Assembly: GCF_009914755.1 (NCBI RefSeq)
Contig: NC_060929.1
Strand: one strand, 5' to 3'
Origin: the human T2T-CHM13v2.0 reference genome, Homo sapiens
Length of the DNA stretch: 64,000 bases
In this document: positions 54,401 through 64,000 of the stretch, piece after piece
Position numbering within the stretch: the stretch's first letter is position 1
How the letters are laid out: every line of letters begins with the position of its first letter
Made by a program: the position numbers and the translations under genes
The notes under the pieces: generated by a model
Seen by the model: the letters and a program-made list of their open reading frames with translations, nothing else
Databases searched by the model: none
Told to the model about the DNA's origin: nothing

Positions 54401-55199
54401 AAAGTAGCCACTAAGGACCTCCCTTTTAAACTCAGAGCACCTGCTTACATTCCCTACTCAAAGAAAGGGAGTGGCAGAAAGACATTCAAAGGTCTCCACA
54501 ATCGGTTTAGTCTGTTATTTGTCTTTGTAATAGCTGATACTGGAAGCTGTTATAACCCTTCCTGAGGGAAACTTGCTGTTCTATCTCTCCCTTGGTCCGG
54601 TGCCATCTTTTACCTGTGCCTTGGTGGTCCTGGGAATGGGGAAAAGTCTCCATCATCTCAGGATCCTCCTGTCTCCACAGAAACTCCCCCCTGGATTCCC
54701 TTGTTGTCTTTGGCTAGGCAGCGGCTGCAGCTATCAGGCAGCCCTACCCTTTGGGTTTACAGGGCCTCTAGGTCAAAAAATACTAGGCGCAACTAGTAAT
54801 CTTCCTCCCTAAGAGAGGCTATCATGCCCCCTGAAGATTTAGAAAATAAGAACCTCTGAATCTAGAACTTGCTGAAGAGTCAGCTGTGTGTTTGGATACA
54901 AATCTCTCTAAGGATCCACTAATTATGAACTTTCTTTGACATTTCGGTGTATCACAGAAAGCATTTCTCCATTATGGATACCTTGGCAAATCCGCTGTCA
55001 CTAATACACTTTTGTTTCTCTTGACTATTTCTCAATCAGCAAAAATTGAAAATTAAACAAAAAGAAGTTGGCATCTGTTGTGGTGATGTTGGTTAGGATT
55101 TCAAATCCTCTACATTTTTTTTTTAATTTTAAACTGGTAAATAAGTATAATTAAGATTAAAATAAAACACCAATAGTGGGCGCCTATGGAGAAATATTC

Positions 55200-55650
55200 A
55201 ATATTTCATTAAATTGATCCAGCCTTATTTGATCAACTTCCATGGGGCAGGCTGTGTATGAGAGTGTGAGAACACAGACATGAATATATTGTAGCCCCTG
55301 ATCAGACAAGGAGGTCATTATCTCAGAAGGAAATCACACATTAAAAGAAATAAATTGCAACATTGTGCAGCTCACTAGCAGCAGCTTGGAAGTATGTATC
55401 TGGGTAAGCTCCTAGAATGGCAAGAGTGTTAGAAGAAACGAGGACAGCTTCTTGGAGGAGGAAACCTCAAGGCTGTTTTCAAGGATGACTATGGAGTTAA
55501 ACAAGCAGACAAGACAGAACATCCTAAACAGAGCAGAGTACGTACAGTCAGAGGCATAAAAAGAATGGTGCTTCAGGGAATATCAGGCTGTTCAGTAAAG
55601 TTAGAGCACTAAGTGGGAGGGAGACTCTCAAAAGATAAGATTAAACATTC
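55200..55650 (-). mobile_element. L2 fragment
   Basis: GCTTCTTGGAGGAGG...TTTCAAGGATGA pattern typical of L2 3' region. Confidence 0.55.
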
Positions 55651-57694
55651 AAATGACAATGTTTTACTGTAGAAATGTTTGTAGATGGAACTGTAGCAGG
55701 AATTCTCAATGGAAATGTTGGTTAGATAATGAACTTTAGATAGAAATAAAAACAAAAACAAAATATGAACTCCTCACTAAGAAAAAAAAATCCAAACAAG
55801 AACTTACATGAAAGTCATATAAAAATTGAAAACCATGAAGAGAAAAAAATGAAACTTTGCGATTTTAATGCTGTTCCTTCTGAAGATTTTATAGAATATG
55901 GTGTGTTGGATTGAAAATACAGGAATTCCGCATCCCGTATTAGGATAATTTAGTGACTAGAAAAGTGTTTCCTACATGGTTAATATAATAGGTAGATTAA
56001 ATACACACCCCACCAATTTGCCAATTAAAAAAAAAAGTAAGGTATAACAAACAGGCCAAGTTGAATACAGTTTGGCGCTACTTAACATGCTACTAGATTC
56101 AAGACTACACAGATTAAGTACTCTCTATAAAATGAATTTTAAAATATTTTTTTCAGCTAGAGCTATGCAAATGAAACTTTGGGAGGTAGATATTAAATGT
56201 TTCTTGAGAGCTTCCTATTCAGATAGCTTTTGTAATACCGAGGTCTTCACTAATGGGCAGCCTGGGGATGGTTATAACTTACAGAAGTGTGTTTCCCAGG
56301 ATAATACTTCAAAATTTTGAAATGATTTGCCAAGATTTCAAAACCAAGAAATTTTTTATGAAAAAAACTAAGATTTCAAGGTTCTCTTCAAAAAGAAAAG
56401 CAAACCTACTAACATTGGACTAACTGTCCCACATAATAACAACGGTAGTTGAGTAGAAGCTGTCTCTTTTAAACAGGAGTCTTCCTAAATTTGGCCACTA
56501 TTCCATTCTTACTACTAAATCTAGAAAATTTTCTATTTAACATCTTACTTTCTGAGTTATTTTTCCTATATATGTTTTTCTTTATTCACATAATTTAGCT
56601 ACCAGGTCTCTCTCTGCATTTGAATGTAAAACTTTCTCAAGCAGGAATCTCATCTGATTCATAATATAAGAAAATAATGTATGTGATGATATTCTCAATT
56701 ACTTAAAAGATGTGTTATAACTAGTACCATTCTGTATACATGGGAGAGAAGTTAATTCACCACATACAGTAGATGTCTTAGAGCTTTAGGGTTTAATTCT
56801 CTCGTGGACCTCATCTCAGAAAGGCTTGGATAAGCATGCTTCCATTTTCCAGTTTTCTAGGTAGAACTTTTCATAAACTCCATTTACTTAACGATAAATA
56901 GTTGAGAGAAATAACTAAATGAAGCATTTTTGACTTGAAAATGTGAATGCAGGGTTTAGGGGAATTCACACGTTAAGAATGATCTAATGAATATTTACTG
57001 ATGGGGGCCTATGGTAATCTGGAAAAATAATGAGTATAATTCATATCTGACCTGCTTCTGCCCAAAGTAGTATAAATAATTGATCTGTAATTGGCATTGT
57101 CACAATCTTTTTTCACATTCCTTTCAAAGCTTTTCATGAATACATATGGATAACTTAGAGCAAATTGTGCTTTTATAATAATACAGCTTACCCAAATTGC
57201 ATGTTAGTTACAATTGTTACCTATAATTAGAAGAGTCAAGAAAATGCATTTTAAAATTCTCTCAGAAAATTTTAAAATGTATCTGGTCGTTACCTTCAGT
57301 GAAACTTAAAGTATAACTACTCACATTTTGTATACATGCCTAGGTAGATAAAAAAGTTATTGCAGTAAGGCATAGCGTTGGAAGTAGGGTGACTTTGCTT
57401 ACTTAGGAGACACACACACACACAAATATATGCACACACACATATATACATACACATGATATATATGAAATTATATATCTCATATATATCCATTTGCTTA
57501 TAAAATATAAATGTTTTATGTATCATATTTGATATATAATACATCATTTATTCATGAGATATATATAATATGTATGCTTATGAGGTTTATATTATATATA
57601 ACATAGTATATAACATATATATTGTAATATATATGTAAATAACGTAAGTAAACAGATTCACCATACTTACAGCCCTAGGTCTCCACTGCAATGC

Positions 57695-60046
57695 TGATAT
57701 GGTTTAGCTCTGTTTCCCTACCCAAACCTCGTGTCAAATTGTAATCCCTAATATTGGAGGAGAGTTCAAGTGGGAGATGATTGCTGTTCTCATGATAGTG
57801 AGTGAGTTCTCACAAGATCTGGTTGTTTAAAAGTGTTTAACACTTCACCCTTTGCTCTCCTCCTACTCTGCCATGGTAAGACATGCTTTTTTTCCCTTCA
57901 CCATCTGCCATGATTGTAAGTTTTCTGAGGCCTGCAGGCCATGTTTCCTGTATGCCTATGGATCTATGAGTCAATTAAAATTCTTTTCTTTGTAAATTAC
58001 CCAGTCTCAGGTAGTTCTTTATAACATTGTGAGAATGGGCAAATACAGAAAATTGGTACAAGAGAAGAGGGGCATTCCTATAAAGACACCTGAAAATGTG
58101 GAAGCAGCTTTGGAACTGGGTAATGGGCATAGGTTGGAACTGTTTGGAGGGCTCAGAAGAAGATAAGAAGAAGAGGGAAAGTTCTGAACTTCCTAGAGAC
58201 TTGTCAAATGGTTGTGACAAAGTAACATGGACAGTTGTGAGAAACACACTCACCCATGCAAACCCAAAGAATGGGCCCAGAGACACAAAGAACAATAGAA
58301 GCAAGACTTTTAATTGTGGTCTCGCAAGATTGGGTGTCTGGTAGGCAGGCACACCCTCGGCAGTTACAGCAGGTAATTTATCTCCTAACATGCAAGTCCC
58401 TCCCCCAGTTCCTCATTAGTCGAGTACCTGGATGTCACCTAAGTTTCATTATCCCCCTTATAAGGTTATATCCCAGTCCACTTCACTGCTTAGTTTTCGA
58501 TTTCCCAATAATGAAACTGTCTTCCCTTTTATAGGCTGACCCCTCCTCTACACTTGGTTTGCTTAGGTGCATGAGCTGTGCGGTTTGTCACATCTGCAGG
58601 CTGGCTGCCATTACTTGGATTTATCATGCTTTGAAAATGGACAATTTAAAATGTTTTCTCACACAGTGAAGTCCATGCTGAGGTAATCTCAGATGGAGAT
58701 GAGGAACTTATTGGAAACTAAAGTAGATGCCACTTTTGCTTGCTTTAGCAGAGAGACTGGCGGCATTTTGCCCCTGCCCTAGAAATCTGTGGAACTTTGA
58801 ATTTGACAGTGATAATTTAGAGGATCTGGTGGAAGAAATTTTTAAGCAGCAAAGTGTACAAGATGTGGCCTGGCTGCTTTTAACAACTCATATGCATTCA
58901 CAAAGAGATGATCTGAAATTGGAACTTATATTTAAACGGGAAGCAGAGCAAAAAAGTTTGAAAAATTTGCAGCTTGACCATTTGGCAGAAAAGAAAAACC
59001 CATTTTCTGGGGAGGAATTTAAGGCTGAAGAAATTTGCATAAGTAAAGAGAAGCCAAATGTTAATAGCCAAGACAATGGGGAAAATGTTTCAAAGGCATT
59101 TTAGAGACCTTCATGGCAGCCACTTTAATCACAGGCCCAGAGGCCTAATAGGGAAAAGTGGTTTCCTGGGCCAGGTCCAGGACCCCGCTGCTCTGTGCAG
59201 CCTCAGGACCTGGTACCCTGCGTCCTAGCAGCTTCAGCTCCAGCCATGGCTAAAAGGAGCCAAGGTGTAGTTCAGGCTGTGGCTTCAGAGGAGGCAAGTT
59301 CCAAGCTTTGGTCGCTTCCACATGGTATTGGGTTTGCAGGTATGAAGAAACAAGAGTTGAGGCTTGGGAGCTTTCACTTAGATTTCAGTGGATGTATGGA
59401 AACGCCTCCAGGCAGAAGTCTGCTGTAGGGGTGCAACCTTCATGGAGAATCTTTACTAGAGCCATGCAGGGGGAAATGTAGGGTTGGATCTCCTACATGA
59501 GTCCCCACCAGAGCACTGCCTAGTGGAGCTGCAAGAAGAGGGCCACCGTCCTCTAGACCCCAGAATGGTAGATCCATTGACAGTTTGCACCGTGAGCCTG
59601 GAAAAGCCTCAAAAACTCAATGTCAACCCATGAAAGCAGCCATGGGGGGTGTACCTCACAAAGCCCCTGGGGCAGAGCTGCTCATGGCCTTGGGAGCTCA
59701 CTCATTGGATCAGCGTGTGCTGGATGTAAGACAGGGTGTCAAAGGAGATTATTTCAGAGGTTTAAGATTTAAAGACTGCCCTGCTGGATTTTGGACTTGC
59801 ATGGGGCCTGTAGCACTTTTATTTTGGCCAATTTCTCCCCTTGGAATGGAAGCATTTACCAAATGCTTGTACCCCCATTGTATCTTGATAGTAACTGACT
59901 TGTTTTTGATTTTACAGGTTTGTTAGGGGGAAGGGACTTGTATTGACTCAGATGAGACTTTAGACTGGGACTTTGAGTTAATGCTGGAATGAGTTAAAAC
60001 TTTGGAGGACTGTTGGGAAGGCATGACGGTGTTTTGAAATGTGAGA
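57695..60046 (+). mobile_element. MSTA-like LTR (57695-58047) plus MST internal region, 3' LTR missing
   Basis: TGATATGGTTTAG...AATACA then GAAAATTGGTAC; peptide AFCPCPRNLWNFEF; ends at GAAATGTGAGA. Confidence 0.9.
58236..58663 (-). mobile_element. ERV1 solo LTR (LTR19-like) nested in MST-int
   Basis: TGTGAGAAA...TTTCTCACA inverted termini; 4-bp TSD CAGT at 58232-58235/58664-58667. Confidence 0.85.
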
Positions 60047-60595
60047 TAACTCTTGCTTATTTCTTACACATACCCCTATGTAAACTCTGAGCATTGGAGA
60101 CAGGTAGAATGAATGAAGAACAGGAAGGTTACTAGAGTAACTAAATCAGAACAAACTAGAGCCAGAAGGGGGAGAAAGAAGCCTTGTCCAGAATTTAAAG
60201 GAGGAAAAAAAATATAATTTGAGGAAGAAAAGTGATAATTTTAAGTTACAACTCATGCAGTCAGTTTTAAGGAAAAGGAAGAAGGATGTCAACTGGGTTC
60301 CTCAAATGAAATAAAGTATTGCTGCCATATAAACTAGAAAATGCTTCAGAAGTCTAGAAAGTATAAAGCAGTGTCATAATTACTTAAAAACACTGTCAAG
60401 ATAATTCTGTCTAGTAGAATGGGATAATTTATTTCTAAGTTCAATATATATTAGGAAAACCTTTTGATGGGCAAAATAAGCTTTTTGTTTTGGTTTGGTT
60501 TCATTTCGTTTAGAAAATTTGTAATAGAATTTATGGAGAAAACAGTGATAATAAAATGTGCCCAATAATAATTTCAAAAGAATCTTACAGCATTT

Positions 60596-63204
<2,609 letters not shown>

Positions 63205-63219
63205 CGTATACCAAACAAT

Positions 63220-64000
63220 TTATTTTCTTCAACTTTAAAGTTCTAGGTTACAAGTGCAGGATGTGCAGGTTTGTTACATAGGTAAATGTGTGCCATGTTG
63301 GTTTGCTGCACAGATCAACCCACCACCTAGTTATTAAGCCCAGCATGCATTAACTATTTTTCCTGATGCTCTCCCTCCCATCGCACTCACCCAACAAGCC
63401 CCAGTGTGTGTTGTTCCCCTTTATGTGTCCATGTGTTCTCATCATTCAACTCCCACTTACAAGTGAGAATCTGTGGTGTTTGGTTTTCTGTTCCCGCGTT
63501 AGTTTGCTGAGGATAATGGCTTTCAGCTCCATCTATGCCCCTGCAAAGGACACAATCTCATTCCTTTTTATGGTTGCGTAGTATTCCATGCTGTATATGT
63601 ACCACATTTTCTGTATGCAGTCTATCATTGGTGGGCATTTGTGTTGATTCCATGTCTTTGCCATTGTGAATAGTGCTGCAACGAATATATGCATGCATGT
63701 ATCTTTATAATAGAATTATTTATATTCCTTAGAGTATATACTGAGTAATGGGATTGCTGGGACAAATGGTATTTCTGCTTCTAGATCTTTGAGGAATTGC
63801 CATGCTGTCTTCCACTATGGTTGAACAAATTTACACGCCCAACAACAGTGTAAAAGAATTTCATTTCCTCTGTAACCTCACCAGGATCGGTTGTTTCTTG
63901 ACTTTTTAAATAATTGCCATTCTGACTTGTGGGAGATGGTATCTCACTTTGCCTTCGATTTGCATTTCTCTAATGCTTAGCTTTTTGTCATGTTTTTTGG
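63220..64000 (-). mobile_element. L1PA (PA8-13-like) 3' end, running off the window
   Basis: TACAAGTGCAGGATGTGCAGGTTTGTTACATAGGTAAA...ACAACAGTGTAAAAG. Confidence 0.93.

Overview
Primate (almost certainly human) AT-rich, repeat-dense non-coding DNA with no supportable intact protein-coding gene. The ORF track is chance ORFs or decayed retroelement frames. The window is dominated by L1, Alu, L2/MIR, MaLR (THE1/MST/MLT) and ERV LTRs, plus Tigger DNA transposons, often nested. The main element is a minus-strand HERV-S/HERVL18-type provirus (28143-33140) with both LTRs, a 5-bp TSD, a tRNA-Ser PBS, decayed gag-pro-pol and an env TM remnant fused to the integrase N-terminus. One unique, CpG-enriched stretch (~52900-54400) is a candidate promoter/enhancer. 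The most unusual signal is a set of short templated-copy/fold-back scars: a perfect 57-bp inverted duplication in an old MLT2 LTR, a 39-bp orphan copy of proviral RNase H sequence outside the provirus, an ~83-bp dispersed direct repeat, an inverted L1 pair sharing variants, and small fold-backs in an L1 3'UTR. I found no evidence for a novel gene system. Subfamily names come from recalled consensus sequences and need Dfam/RepeatMasker confirmation.
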